The notes under the pieces are model-generated. The model saw nothing but the letters and a program-made list of their open reading frames with translations, made no database searches and was not told the origin of the DNA. This document shows positions 29,063 through 38,174 of a stretch of DNA of 64,000 nt, piece after piece. This stretch comes from Bacteroidota bacterium (lineage in GTDB: Bacteria > Bacteroidota > Bacteroidia > UKL13-3). Position numbers and translations under genes: made by a program. The stretch spans positions 3,651 through 67,650 of the forward strand of contig JAIXSO010000007.1 of the NCBI GenBank assembly GCA_027484685.1. Direction: 5' to 3'. The stretch's first letter is position 1, and every line of letters starts with the position of its first letter.

Positions 29063-29812
29063 ATGCTAAATAACAAAAAAATAGTAGTGGTAATGCCTGC
29101 CTATAATGCAGAGCTTACTTTAGAAAAAACCTACAACGAAATTCCTTTTGATATAGTAGATGAAGTAATTTTGGTAGACGATACAAGTAAAGATCAAACA
29201 AGTATTTTAGCTAAAAAAATTGGTATTCAACATGTAATTAGACATGAAAGAAACAAGGGATATGGCGGAAACCAAAAAACTTGTTATAATAAAGCCAAAG
29301 AAATTGGTGCAGATATTGTAATTATGCTTCATCCTGATTACCAATATACGCCAACTTTAATTCATAGCATAGCTTCAATAATAGCGTATAATGTTTATCC
29401 AGCAGTTTTTGCATCGCGTATTTTGGGCAAAGGTGCTTTAAAAGGTGGTATGCCTTTGTACAAATACTTTTTCAACCGTTGTTTAACTTTATTCCAAAAT
29501 ATTTTGATGAGTCAAAAACTTTCGGAATACCATACTGGTTATCGTGCATTTAGCATTGATGTATTAAATGCAGTTGATTACAATATATGTAGCGATGATT
29601 TTGTTTTTGATAACCAAATGTGCGCCCAAGTATTTTATGCAGGTTTTGAAATTGGAGAAGTAACTTGCCCTACCAAATATTTTGATGAAGCTTCTTCAAT
29701 CAATTTTGCGCGCAGTGTAAAATATGGTTTAGGAGTTTTGGCTACTTCAGTTCAATACCGTTTTCAAAAATGGGGAATTATTAATTTAGCCATGTTTAAA
29801 AAACTGAACTAA
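29063..29812 (+). CDS. GT2 glycosyltransferase (DPM1-like)
   Basis: VVMPAYNA, LVDD.S.D, N.GYGGNQK, HPDYQY, TGYRAF. Confidence 0.92.
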   Translation: MLNNKKIVVVMPAYNAELTLEKTYNEIPFDIVDEVILVDDTSKDQTSILAKKIGIQHVIRHERNKGYGGNQKTCYNKAKEIGADIVIMLHPDYQYTPTLIHSIASIIAYNVYPAVFASRILGKGALKGGMPLYKYFFNRCLTLFQNILMSQKLSEYHTGYRAFSIDVLNAVDYNICSDDFVFDNQMCAQVFYAGFEIGEVTCPTKYFDEASSINFARSVKYGLGVLATSVQYRFQKWGIINLAMFKKLN

Positions 29813-29959
29813 AATTGTACAAGTGTATTTAAAAAAGTGTTTTATTTTACGGAAATAGATACACTTAAAAGAATACACTATAGTTTAGCAGCAAACAACA
29901 AAAATACAAATAACTAAAATACAGTAATTTAGGAAAACATGTCGCAATATTGATACTTT

Positions 29960-29975
29960 TGGCACAGTGATTGCT
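29960..29975 (+). promoter_or_regulatory. Sigma54 -24/-12 promoter
   Basis: TGGCAC-agtga-TTGCT, an exact match to TGGCAC-N5-TTGCW. Confidence 0.75.
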
Positions 29976-29984
29976 AAATACTAA

Positions 29985-30051
29985 TCAATAATACTTTTTT
30001 CTAATTCATATAAAGTAAAAACCCTTGATTATAGCTAATCAAGGGTTTTTC
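29985..30051 (+). ncRNA. Candidate sigma54-dependent small RNA
   Basis: No ATG between the promoter and the terminator at 30017-30051; 5' end inferred from the -12 position. Confidence 0.45.
30017..30051 (+). terminator. Intrinsic terminator (hairpin A)
   Basis: aaaaacccttgatta-tagc-taatcaagggttttt perfect stem. Confidence 0.8.
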
Positions 30052-30095
30052 TATTTTAAGCCCATAAAAAAACCTGAATCATTTCTGTTTCAGGT
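30026..30095. repeat. 70-bp direct repeat, copy 1 (double terminator)
   Basis: 62/70 identical to 31871-31940; last 30 nt also at 33547-33576. Confidence 0.9.
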
Positions 30096-30203
30096 TTTGA
30101 AAGAGAAGTCATTTTAAAAGTTACTATAAAGGTATCTTATTCTTGATATGTTAATATGGATATTACAGTAAAAATAAGAATATTTATTGCTCTTTGATGA
30201 GTA

Positions 30204-30569
30204 TTAACCCATTGAATGGAATCCAACTTTATTTCCTTCTGTGTCGATAAAAAGAGCAATAAAGCCGTTGCCACCAATAGCAGTTTTCGGCAAAATAACT
30301 TTTCCACCAGCACTTTCTACTCTGCTTAATGGAGCTGAAAGGTCATTTCCGCCATCTAGGTAAATAGTTGTGCCGGTCATTGCAGGAACAAAGTTTTCTC
30401 CAAAACCAATTGCTCCGCCAAATCCACCTTTTTCTGGATCAGAAGGTAAATAGGCATATTGCCTATTAGGGTCGTCATGAATTTGAACATCTAAAACTTT
30501 TGCATAAAAAGTTTTTGCTCTTTCGAAATCTGTTGCTGGTATTTCAAACCAATTTAAAGTAGTTACCAT
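30204..30569 (-). CDS. VOC/glyoxalase family protein
   Basis: NWFEIPATDFERAKTFY ... FIDTEGNKVGFHS. Confidence 0.92.
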   Translation of the reverse strand: MVTTLNWFEIPATDFERAKTFYAKVLDVQIHDDPNRQYAYLPSDPEKGGFGGAIGFGENFVPAMTGTTIYLDGGNDLSAPLSRVESAGGKVILPKTAIGGNGFIALFIDTEGNKVGFHSMG

Positions 30570-30617
30570 ATTTGTTAAAGTTTATTTGAGTATTTATTTG
30601 AGTTTTTTGTTTTAAAA

Positions 30618-31034
30618 TTAGTTAGGTACAACTTCATAAATGGCGTTGATATTTCCTTTTGTTGCTTTTGAATAAGAACAAATTGATTTTGTAGCTTCTA
30701 CCAGTTTTTTCGCAGTATCGTAGTCTACATCATTTATTTTAACCAGAAGATGGGCTCCAAGATCAAAGTTACCGTTATCATGTATTACGGCAATTTTAGC
30801 AGTAACAGATACTTCTCCAATTGTAATTTTTTCTATTCCTGCAGCAACTGTAATACTTGTTCCAAAACAAGCCGACCAAGCTGCTGCAAAAAGTTGTTCG
30901 GGATTTGTTGCGCCACCAGCACCGCCCATTTCTTTAGGAAATCTCACATCTAAATCCAATAATCCATCTGATGATTTTGCGTGACCGTTTCTGCCTGCTA
31001 ACGTTGTCACTTCTGCTTCATAAAGTTTTTCCAT
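30618..31034 (-). CDS. ohr: Organic hydroperoxide resistance protein (Ohr family)
   Basis: GRNG, PKEMGG, TNPEQLFAAAWSACF, ICSYSKAT.GN. Confidence 0.9.
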   Translation of the reverse strand: MEKLYEAEVTTLAGRNGHAKSSDGLLDLDVRFPKEMGGAGGATNPEQLFAAAWSACFGTSITVAAGIEKITIGEVSVTAKIAVIHDNGNFDLGAHLLVKINDVDYDTAKKLVEATKSICSYSKATKGNINAIYEVVPN

Positions 31035-31090
31035 TTTTTAAATTTTAGTTGTTAATATTTGATTTTTAAATTGTTTTTAAATTGACTACT

Positions 31091-31151
31091 TTTGTACTTG
31101 CAAATAACAAGTACAAATATAAAAGCATTTACTTGTAATTTGCAAGTAAAT
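31091..31151. promoter_or_regulatory. Two palindromic operators TACTTG-N7-CAAGTA
   Basis: tttgtacttg-caaataa-caagtacaaa (31091-31117) and atttacttg-taatttg-caagtaaat (31127-31151) between divergent ohr and the HxlR gene. Confidence 0.8.
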
Positions 31152-31165
31152 AGAAAATATTTTTT

Positions 31166-31594
31166 ATGGTAGATATAAAAAAGACGAGATCGAGCTGCGG
31201 GTTATCGCAATCATTAGACATTTTTGGAGATAAATGGTCTCTATTAATTATAAGAGATTTGGTTTATTTTGGAAAGGAAACGTATGGGGATTTATTGAAA
31301 ATGGATGAAGGTATTGCTACCAATGTGTTAGCAGATAAACTTGTAGTTTTAGAAAAAGAAGGTTTGATAACCAAAGAAATTTTTGTAGGTAGTAAATCAA
31401 AATTTAAATATAAACTAACCCAAAAGGGTATAGATATTTATCCAATAATAATGGAGATTATTTTTTGGGGTGCAACATACTGCGAGGTGTATCCTGAACA
31501 AAAAGCAATTGTTAAAATGTCTAAAGAAAATAGGGATGCTTTTGTACAAGATATTATGAAAAATAAACTGAAAGAGTTAAACGAAAAGAATTAG
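31166..31594 (+). CDS. HxlR-family winged-helix regulator
   Basis: RSSCG...LDIFGDKWSLLIIRDL, EGIATNVLA..L, YKLTQKG.D. Confidence 0.92.
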   Translation: MVDIKKTRSSCGLSQSLDIFGDKWSLLIIRDLVYFGKETYGDLLKMDEGIATNVLADKLVVLEKEGLITKEIFVGSKSKFKYKLTQKGIDIYPIIMEIIFWGATYCEVYPEQKAIVKMSKENRDAFVQDIMKNKLKELNEKN

Positions 31595-31870
31595 TTTGAT
31601 AAAGAAAAAGGGGAACTTGAAACGTTCAATTTTCAGTATTTGATTTATGCAATAGTTTAAGGTTCAAATCAAATAATTCTAATAAATCGGGAACTATTTT
31701 CAATCTACTTATTAAATGCTTAGCTATTTTTGCAAAGCAAATACTTTTAGCAATTAAGTGCGGCATGCAAAACCGCTCCAGCTGGCTAAAAATCAAATTG
31801 AAAACTCTTTATTCATTTTGATTCAACAGTCTTTTTTCAATGGTTAGCCTTCAGATTTCGGATAGGATGA

Positions 31871-31940
31871 TGATTATAATTAATCAAGGGTTTTTCTATT
31901 ATAGGACCATAAAAAAACCTGAACCATTGCTGATTCAGGT
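31871..31940. repeat. 70-bp direct repeat, copy 2
   Basis: tgattataattaatcaagggtttttctattataggaccataaaaaaacctgaaccattgctgattcaggt. Confidence 0.9.
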
Positions 31941-31994
31941 ATTGCAAAAGTAAATTAACTCATTGCATGAATTTTTGTTGTCATTTTTATTTTT

Positions 31995-32642
31995 TTAAAA
32001 TGATAAAATAATATTGCCACCTATTTGGCCACTTTGATAACCTGCATCACCTTTTCCGTCTATAGTTCCATTTCTATTTGAATATTCAAATTCAGCTTCA
32101 AAACTCAAAGCTGTTTTTTTGAAAGGAATGGTGTAACCAATACCACCCATTAATGAAGTGCCAATGGCATATTGATGCTTATATAAATTAGTTGCTTCAT
32201 TTACTCTCTTAGTAGTAAACTGACCAAAGCCAAAACTACCACGAACATAAAGTCCTTTATTAAATTCGTTGCTTATGGCATAATATTTTGCTGTAATGGC
32301 AAGATTGTAGTAGTTAAAAATATAGCTATCTCCATTGTCTCCTTTTACCGAAGTGCCAAATGTTCCCTTGATTCTTGAGCCAATACCAAGTCCTTTCCAA
32401 TTTTCGGGTGCAATGTAAAAACCCATCATCAAATTATTACCAGTACCCGGTTCAAAAGCACCTCCATATGATTTTGTAAGTTGCATTTTCATATCACTCC
32501 AAAAAAGAGTTTGCCCAAAACCTAAACCAATTTCCCCATAAATGGGTAGCTTGGTTTTCTTATCAGTTGTTGTTTGCGCACTTACCATTTGTGCAAAAAG
32601 GCAGCTTATACTCACTGCAAAAGTTAAGATTGATTTTTTCAT
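31995..32642 (-). CDS. Outer-membrane beta-barrel protein
   Basis: Signal peptide, Gly/aromatic-rich strands, terminal Phe. Confidence 0.75.
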   Translation of the reverse strand: MKKSILTFAVSISCLFAQMVSAQTTTDKKTKLPIYGEIGLGFGQTLFWSDMKMQLTKSYGGAFEPGTGNNLMMGFYIAPENWKGLGIGSRIKGTFGTSVKGDNGDSYIFNYYNLAITAKYYAISNEFNKGLYVRGSFGFGQFTTKRVNEATNLYKHQYAIGTSLMGGIGYTIPFKKTALSFEAEFEYSNRNGTIDGKGDAGYQSGQIGGNIILSF

Positions 32643-32709
32643 TTTTTGTATCTTTTAAATTATAGTTATTATTACGATACAAAGGTGCTATGTCTATTAT
32701 TGTTGAACG

Positions 32710-32723
32710 TTAACCCATGTTAA
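32710..32723. promoter_or_regulatory. Crp/Fnr-type box
   Basis: TTAAC-ccat-GTTAA between the Crp gene and the downstream barrel gene. Confidence 0.6.
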
Positions 32724-32749
32724 GAAATCAAAATCGCGCTTTTGTGGAA

Positions 32750-33328
32750 TTATTGATGCTCAAAAATTCGCTTTCGTATGCGACTTAATGAAGGTGGCTT
32801 AATACCCAAATAGGAAGCGATATAATGTTGTGGAATTCTTTCAAACACTTTTGGCCTTTCTTTCATTAATGTTAAATACCGTTCTTCGGCTGTTTGATTT
32901 TCAAGTATTTCGCTTCGTTGGCGAATGCCCAAAAAGGCATTTTCAGCCATCAAACGTCCAAAACGTTCAAATTTTGGTATATCAATATATAGCTGTTGCA
33001 AGTCTTTGGCAGCAAGTAAAAGTAGTTGCGTTTTCTCCAGTGTTTCTATGTTTTGATTGGTTGGTTTTCCAGTCAAAAAACTATCATAATCTGTGTACCA
33101 CCCATTTTCAAAAAAAAACTGCGCTGTATTTTCTTGTCCATCCACGTTATAATAATAACGAATACATCCGTAATTGATAAAATAAGCATATTTACAAATC
33201 TGTCCTTCTTGCAAAATCAGTTCTTTCTTGTTGCATTCTTGCACAATTAGTTTTGACACAAAAAAATCTTGTTCGGCTTTATTAAGCGAAATAAATTGAG
33301 AAAGTCTGTTCAATATTTGGTCGTACAT
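32750..33328 (-). CDS. Crp/Fnr family regulator
   Basis: cNMP-binding domain; TAEERY, IPQHYIASYLGI.P.SLSRIRK. Confidence 0.93.
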   Translation of the reverse strand: MYDQILNRLSQFISLNKAEQDFFVSKLIVQECNKKELILQEGQICKYAYFINYGCIRYYYNVDGQENTAQFFFENGWYTDYDSFLTGKPTNQNIETLEKTQLLLLAAKDLQQLYIDIPKFERFGRLMAENAFLGIRQRSEILENQTAEERYLTLMKERPKVFERIPQHYIASYLGIKPPSLSRIRKRIFEHQ

Positions 33329-33544
33329 ATTTGTTAAATTTATTTTCTAGTACCTTTATTTTAGTGGTAAAATAAAAGCAATTTACCAAGTTTAATTTAC
33401 TAAAAACATTTGTAAGTCAAATAAAGTTAAAATTTTGATTTTATAAACTCTAAATAGCAAACTTACTTAATATTATGCTATAAAGCTTTTTAGTATTTGC
33501 TTGAATATCTAAGACTTTTTATCACTCTTTTCAGTTTTAGTGTC

Positions 33545-33579
33545 AAAAAAAAACCTGAACCATTTCTGATTCAGGTTTT
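33545..33579. terminator. Terminator hairpin B, third copy
   Basis: aaaacctgaa-ccatttctga-ttcaggtttt downstream of the PKD gene. Confidence 0.8.
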
Positions 33580-33599
33580 ATAAAAAGGTATTTCAACTG

Positions 33600-35861
33600 T
33601 TAGTCTTGTTTAAAAACTTTTTTAACTACCGTATTTCCATCTTTCGAAATTATTTTAACCAAATACATTCCATTGGTGTATTCTGCTATATTTAACTCTG
33701 TACTTAAATCGTAAGTGTCTATATTTTGGGTAACTAATAACTTACCAGTAATATCAAATATTTGAACTGAATTAGGTTTTTGACTTGTGGCTTCCCAATC
33801 AATTTTAACTATTCCATTAGTTGGATTTGGATAAACATTAAATGATGCTTTTTCTTTAATTTTTGGTTGTTCACTTATTGAGGTGCTAACCGTATTTTTT
33901 CCAATAATTATTTTTATTCCAGAAACAGTATTAACTGTATTGTTAATATTAGCCAAAGCAGGAATAGTTTGTTTTCCGGCCATTTCACCCCAAACTTTAT
34001 AATTTCCTACAGGTACTTTTCCAAAATCAAATTTACCATCTGTATCGGTGTGCGTGTACGATACTGCTTTTCCTTTATCATCAATCAAATAAACCAACAT
34101 TTTGTCGGCAGGTTTACCTACTTCTATTGGTCCATTTTGATCAACCACACCTGTTCCATATTTAACAAAGCCCGAAATGGTTCCAATTCCTGCTGAATCG
34201 TAACTAAATGGAATTAAGTCAATATCAACTGAATCTCTATTTGAAGCAATATAAATAACATCTGCAAAATCCCAATTCAATTTATTTTTATAATAAGTTG
34301 GTAAGTAAAAACCATTATTAAACGGATCGAAAGCAAAATCGGCTTGTACCAAATAAAAACCTTTTTTCAAACTGATTGAATAATTACCATTTTCATCGGT
34401 GCTGGTATAATTATTTTTGTACAATAATCCTGAAACTGAATCGTAACTATAAACGTACACTCCTGAATAATATGCAGGTAAGCCGCCTTGTCTAATAGTT
34501 CCACTTAAAATATATTCAGGTCCTACACTCACAATTTTGGTTAGTGAATCAATACAACCTGCAGGATTATTCATTATTAAAGTTACATTGTAACTACCTT
34601 CGTTGGCATAAGTATGGTTAAAGGTACCACTATCAATACCTGAATACATTAATCCATCACCCCATTTTATGGTAATATTTGAAGGCACTGAACTTCCATA
34701 GGCTATTGATGCATTGTAAACCACCGCATTGTAAGCCGAACTGTATAAATCAAAATTAGCGCCACAGATTGCGGTTAAACTATCAATTCTGATATTTTTA
34801 CAGCTTATTAATTGAATACCACATAAATTGATATTAGAATAAACGCACACTGTGTAATTTCCAGTATCTGAATAAATATGCGATATGCTGTTTGTTAGCA
34901 TATACTCTTGATTTAAATCGCCAAAGTCAATTAAGTATTTTTCAAACAATGGCTCAGTATTACTTGAATTTACATTAAATAATACTTTTTGATAATTAAC
35001 TGAACTTGTAAAGTTTATATTACACAAAGCTGTATCTGGCTGGCTAATAGTTTTTTGAATGGTATCGCCACAAGTTGCACCAAACATGTATAAGGTTACA
35101 TTATAATTACCTAAAGCTGAATATTTGTGAATTGGGTCTTTTAAATTACTCACATTAGTATTGTCGCCAAACACCCAAGTAAAGTTAACAGTAGTATCAG
35201 GGCTTGTACTTAAATTTCTGAAATGAAATTGACCATCAATATAATCAAAGTTAAAATCAGCAAAACAAGGTGCATTAACTGTTACATTTAAGGTATCATG
35301 GTAAATGTCAAAATTATTATTGCTATCTAAAATAGTTAAACTTACAATATACTGACCAGTAGCATGATAATTATGTTTTGCAATTTTATCGTGACTTGTT
35401 AACCCATCGCCAAAATCCCATTGATGCATAATAATTGGAGAATTTGTGTTGGTACTAGAGTCATAGAAATAATACGCACCATTACCTAAATCTTCGTACG
35501 AAAATTTGGCATTAACTCCTTTGGTATTGCTTACCACAATACTATCGCAATACATGGTATTACTAGTGCAAGCGCTATCAATTAAACATACACGGTATTT
35601 GCCGGCTTGTGAGTAACTGTGGCTTAATTGAAAATCGCCATTATTTAAAACAGCACTGCCATCGCCAAAATTCCAATAAAAAGTATTGAGACCTAAATGT
35701 AAATCTGATTGATTTACAAAAACAACTGTTTTTGCATTTTTATAGTGATCAAATTTAGTAGCACAAGGCTGCGCCCATAATGCCATAGCAGAAAGCAGAA
35801 AAACTTGCAGTGTTAAAAACACTTTACGTAAATTCAATGTGTTAAAAATTTTATTTTTCAT
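33600..35861 (-). CDS. PKD-repeat protein with T9SS type A C-terminal domain
   Basis: Repeated W.FGDG...H.Y...G.Y.V.L; VYPNPT...GMYLVKI...KKVFK. Confidence 0.92.
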   Translation of the reverse strand: MKNKIFNTLNLRKVFLTLQVFLLSAMALWAQPCATKFDHYKNAKTVVFVNQSDLHLGLNTFYWNFGDGSAVLNNGDFQLSHSYSQAGKYRVCLIDSACTSNTMYCDSIVVSNTKGVNAKFSYEDLGNGAYYFYDSSTNTNSPIIMHQWDFGDGLTSHDKIAKHNYHATGQYIVSLTILDSNNNFDIYHDTLNVTVNAPCFADFNFDYIDGQFHFRNLSTSPDTTVNFTWVFGDNTNVSNLKDPIHKYSALGNYNVTLYMFGATCGDTIQKTISQPDTALCNINFTSSVNYQKVLFNVNSSNTEPLFEKYLIDFGDLNQEYMLTNSISHIYSDTGNYTVCVYSNINLCGIQLISCKNIRIDSLTAICGANFDLYSSAYNAVVYNASIAYGSSVPSNITIKWGDGLMYSGIDSGTFNHTYANEGSYNVTLIMNNPAGCIDSLTKIVSVGPEYILSGTIRQGGLPAYYSGVYVYSYDSVSGLLYKNNYTSTDENGNYSISLKKGFYLVQADFAFDPFNNGFYLPTYYKNKLNWDFADVIYIASNRDSVDIDLIPFSYDSAGIGTISGFVKYGTGVVDQNGPIEVGKPADKMLVYLIDDKGKAVSYTHTDTDGKFDFGKVPVGNYKVWGEMAGKQTIPALANINNTVNTVSGIKIIIGKNTVSTSISEQPKIKEKASFNVYPNPTNGIVKIDWEATSQKPNSVQIFDITGKLLVTQNIDTYDLSTELNIAEYTNGMYLVKIISKDGNTVVKKVFKQD

Positions 35862-35886
35862 GTTATATAAATTAATTGTTTTTTCT

Positions 35887-37218
35887 TTAAAAATTATACT
35901 TTAAACCGGTTTGTATTTGTAAGATATTAGGCTGATATAGTGAGCCATTTAAATATTTTAAATAATTGGCGGAAATATTAAGTGCCCAATTATGATACAG
36001 TTTTTGGTAAGCACCCACACCCAAAGTTGGCGCCAACAATAATTGGTAATTATTGTTGGTTTGATTGCTTTCGTTCATCAATCCAATATTGCTCACTTTT
36101 GTTTCAAGCTGATAAACTACTGTACCAGTAACACCTAAAGCACCATAAATTCCTCGTTTTTCATTTCCTAATTGATAGCGTATTTCTACTGGTAAACTAT
36201 AAAAAGCTACATTATTTTGGTATGAATTATTGGTTTGATGCTCCACATTTTTTTCACTCATAACAGTATCTATTTGCATCATCAATCTTTTATAAAAAGC
36301 ATTATATTTAATGGTGGTATCAATGCTTTCAATTTGTTTTTCGGTAGTTACAAATGCCTTTTTATTTATTTCGGTTTGATTAAAAAACAAGGCACTCAAA
36401 CCAAAATTTAAACTCCAATTACTACTTAATTGCAAGCCTGCTTTAGCCCCTATTCCGTTAAAAAATGGATCATTTGAATTATTAAGCTGCTTGTAAACAT
36501 TGCTTTGCAACAAATAACCTAACTCCATGTAAGCTAAGTTTACCTTTAATTTTCCTTTGGTTTTTATGGTTTCATTTTTTGCTGAAATAGTATTTACTGA
36601 GTAAATTTCAGTTTTAAATGAATTTTTATTTTGAATGCTAATAAATTGCGGTTCACTCAAACCAAATGCATTATCGCTGCTTGCCAAAATGGTTATATCA
36701 CTATAATTCTTAATCAACTCATAGTGGCTATCAGTTTCATTAAAAGTATTGTAATTTGCAATATTCGATTCATTTCTAAAAGTGCTATTATTACTTTTGA
36801 CTTTAAATTTTTGAATCATTTGCTTATCATTTAAGCTAACAACAGCTTCTTTCTTTGGGGTTAAATTAGTTTTATTTTTAAAAATTCGTGGAGTTGTTAT
36901 TTCAGTTTTTGTATCAATCACCAATGGTATTGGCCCACCTTCACTTTTTGCTATTTCCTTATTTTCAGTTGTTTTTACAATATTTACTTGGTTATGAGTA
37001 TTTTTATTTAAATAAATAACATAAAAACCAAATAACGAAACAGTTAAAACACTAAACCAAATAAAAATACCCATTCTGCGCTTTTTATTTGTTTTTTTAT
37101 GGGCACGATAAGCCTTATCAAAGCTATCCCAATCACCTTTAGTGGGCTGCTTTGGTGTTACTTGGCTAACTTTATTAGCAAGTAATTTTAAAAACTCATC
37201 TTCGTTGTTATATAACAT
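35887..37218 (-). CDS. Putative anti-sigma factor: TM helix, linker, C-terminal beta-barrel
   Basis: Overlaps the ECF gene; basic stretch then TM helix at ~aa 50-70; SLPVEIRY and terminal QTGLKYNF. Confidence 0.7.
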   Translation of the reverse strand: MLYNNEDEFLKLLANKVSQVTPKQPTKGDWDSFDKAYRAHKKTNKKRRMGIFIWFSVLTVSLFGFYVIYLNKNTHNQVNIVKTTENKEIAKSEGGPIPLVIDTKTEITTPRIFKNKTNLTPKKEAVVSLNDKQMIQKFKVKSNNSTFRNESNIANYNTFNETDSHYELIKNYSDITILASSDNAFGLSEPQFISIQNKNSFKTEIYSVNTISAKNETIKTKGKLKVNLAYMELGYLLQSNVYKQLNNSNDPFFNGIGAKAGLQLSSNWSLNFGLSALFFNQTEINKKAFVTTEKQIESIDTTIKYNAFYKRLMMQIDTVMSEKNVEHQTNNSYQNNVAFYSLPVEIRYQLGNEKRGIYGALGVTGTVVYQLETKVSNIGLMNESNQTNNNYQLLLAPTLGVGAYQKLYHNWALNISANYLKYLNGSLYQPNILQIQTGLKYNF

Positions 37219-37765
37219 ACGTATTTAAACTGTTAACTAATTTTTTTAAAATGGCTCTTGCTTTTGATAATTGCGATTTTGATGTTCCTTCGCTTATACC
37301 TAAGTTTTGGCTTATTTGTTTATGGCTCAAACCTTCTATGGCATATAAATTAACCACAGTTCTGTAGCCATCGGGTAATTTTTGCAATAATCCTAAAGCT
37401 TCATCTGGCGAAAGTTCTTTTACCAATTCGTTATCAAAATCGGGTAAATCGGGAACCAAAAACTCATTTTCGCTTATGGATAATAAAGGATTTTTATTCC
37501 TTGCTTTTAAATAATTAATGGCGTGGTTAACCATAATCCTGCTTAACCAAGTATTTAAACTGCTTTCGCCTTTAAATTTTTTTATTCCTTCAAAGGCTTT
37601 TATAAATCCTTCTTGTAAAATATCCTTAGCTTCGTCTTCATTTTTAGCAAACCTGATACAAATAGCAAACATTTTAGAATAGTATTTATCAAAAAACAAC
37701 CGTTGAAAACGACTATCTTCCTCTTTGCACCCTTCTATAATTTCTTGCTCGGTAAAATCCTTCAT
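37208..37765 (-). CDS. ECF sigma factor
   Basis: AKDILQEGFIKAF, TWLSRIMVN.AI, LPDGYRTVVNLYAIEGLSHKQI, GTSKSQLSKAR. Confidence 0.95.
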   Translation of the reverse strand: MKDFTEQEIIEGCKEEDSRFQRLFFDKYYSKMFAICIRFAKNEDEAKDILQEGFIKAFEGIKKFKGESSLNTWLSRIMVNHAINYLKARNKNPLLSISENEFLVPDLPDFDNELVKELSPDEALGLLQKLPDGYRTVVNLYAIEGLSHKQISQNLGISEGTSKSQLSKARAILKKLVNSLNTYVI

Positions 37766-37782
37766 TCCATTTGCTGCTAAAT

Positions 37783-37808
37783 AGACTCACTTTTTAAAAA
37801 AGGTTGCC
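37783..37808 (-). promoter_or_regulatory. Probable autoregulatory ECF promoter
   Basis: Minus strand GGCAACC-N15-GTCT just upstream of the sigma ATG. Confidence 0.6.
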
Positions 37809-38174
37809 TAGCTATTTTTAGTTTTTTTATAAAAAACAACGTTTGCTATAAAAAGATTTGAAAATGAAGCTTTTGTAAAAAAATTTAATTACTTCATTTT
37901 GATTTAAATAACTGTAGCCAACCAATTCTCAATTCGTGAAACAACTTTTATAATTGTTCCACAACTATTTTATTAACTATTAGCACTCTGCAAAACTAAA
38001 GCTTAGTTATCAACACCCATGTTGACAAGGAGTGGATATGTTACCTTGCTGAATGGCGTTATTTGGTAAGAAATAAAGCAAAAAAAATTTGTTTTAATTT
38101 TAAAAATCAATTAGTTAATTAAGCAATATATTTATTTTCAAAAAGAAAAAAATTAAGTTGAACAAATACTTAGC

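Noticed and set aside
37930-38040. DnaA-box-like and parS half-site-like words upstream of parA (cgtgaaaca, tgttccaca, ttatcaaca, gtggata) as oriC or parS
   Set aside because: All are mismatched or half sites, with no full 16-bp parS palindrome. An origin here would put the ribosomal supercluster head-on to replication.
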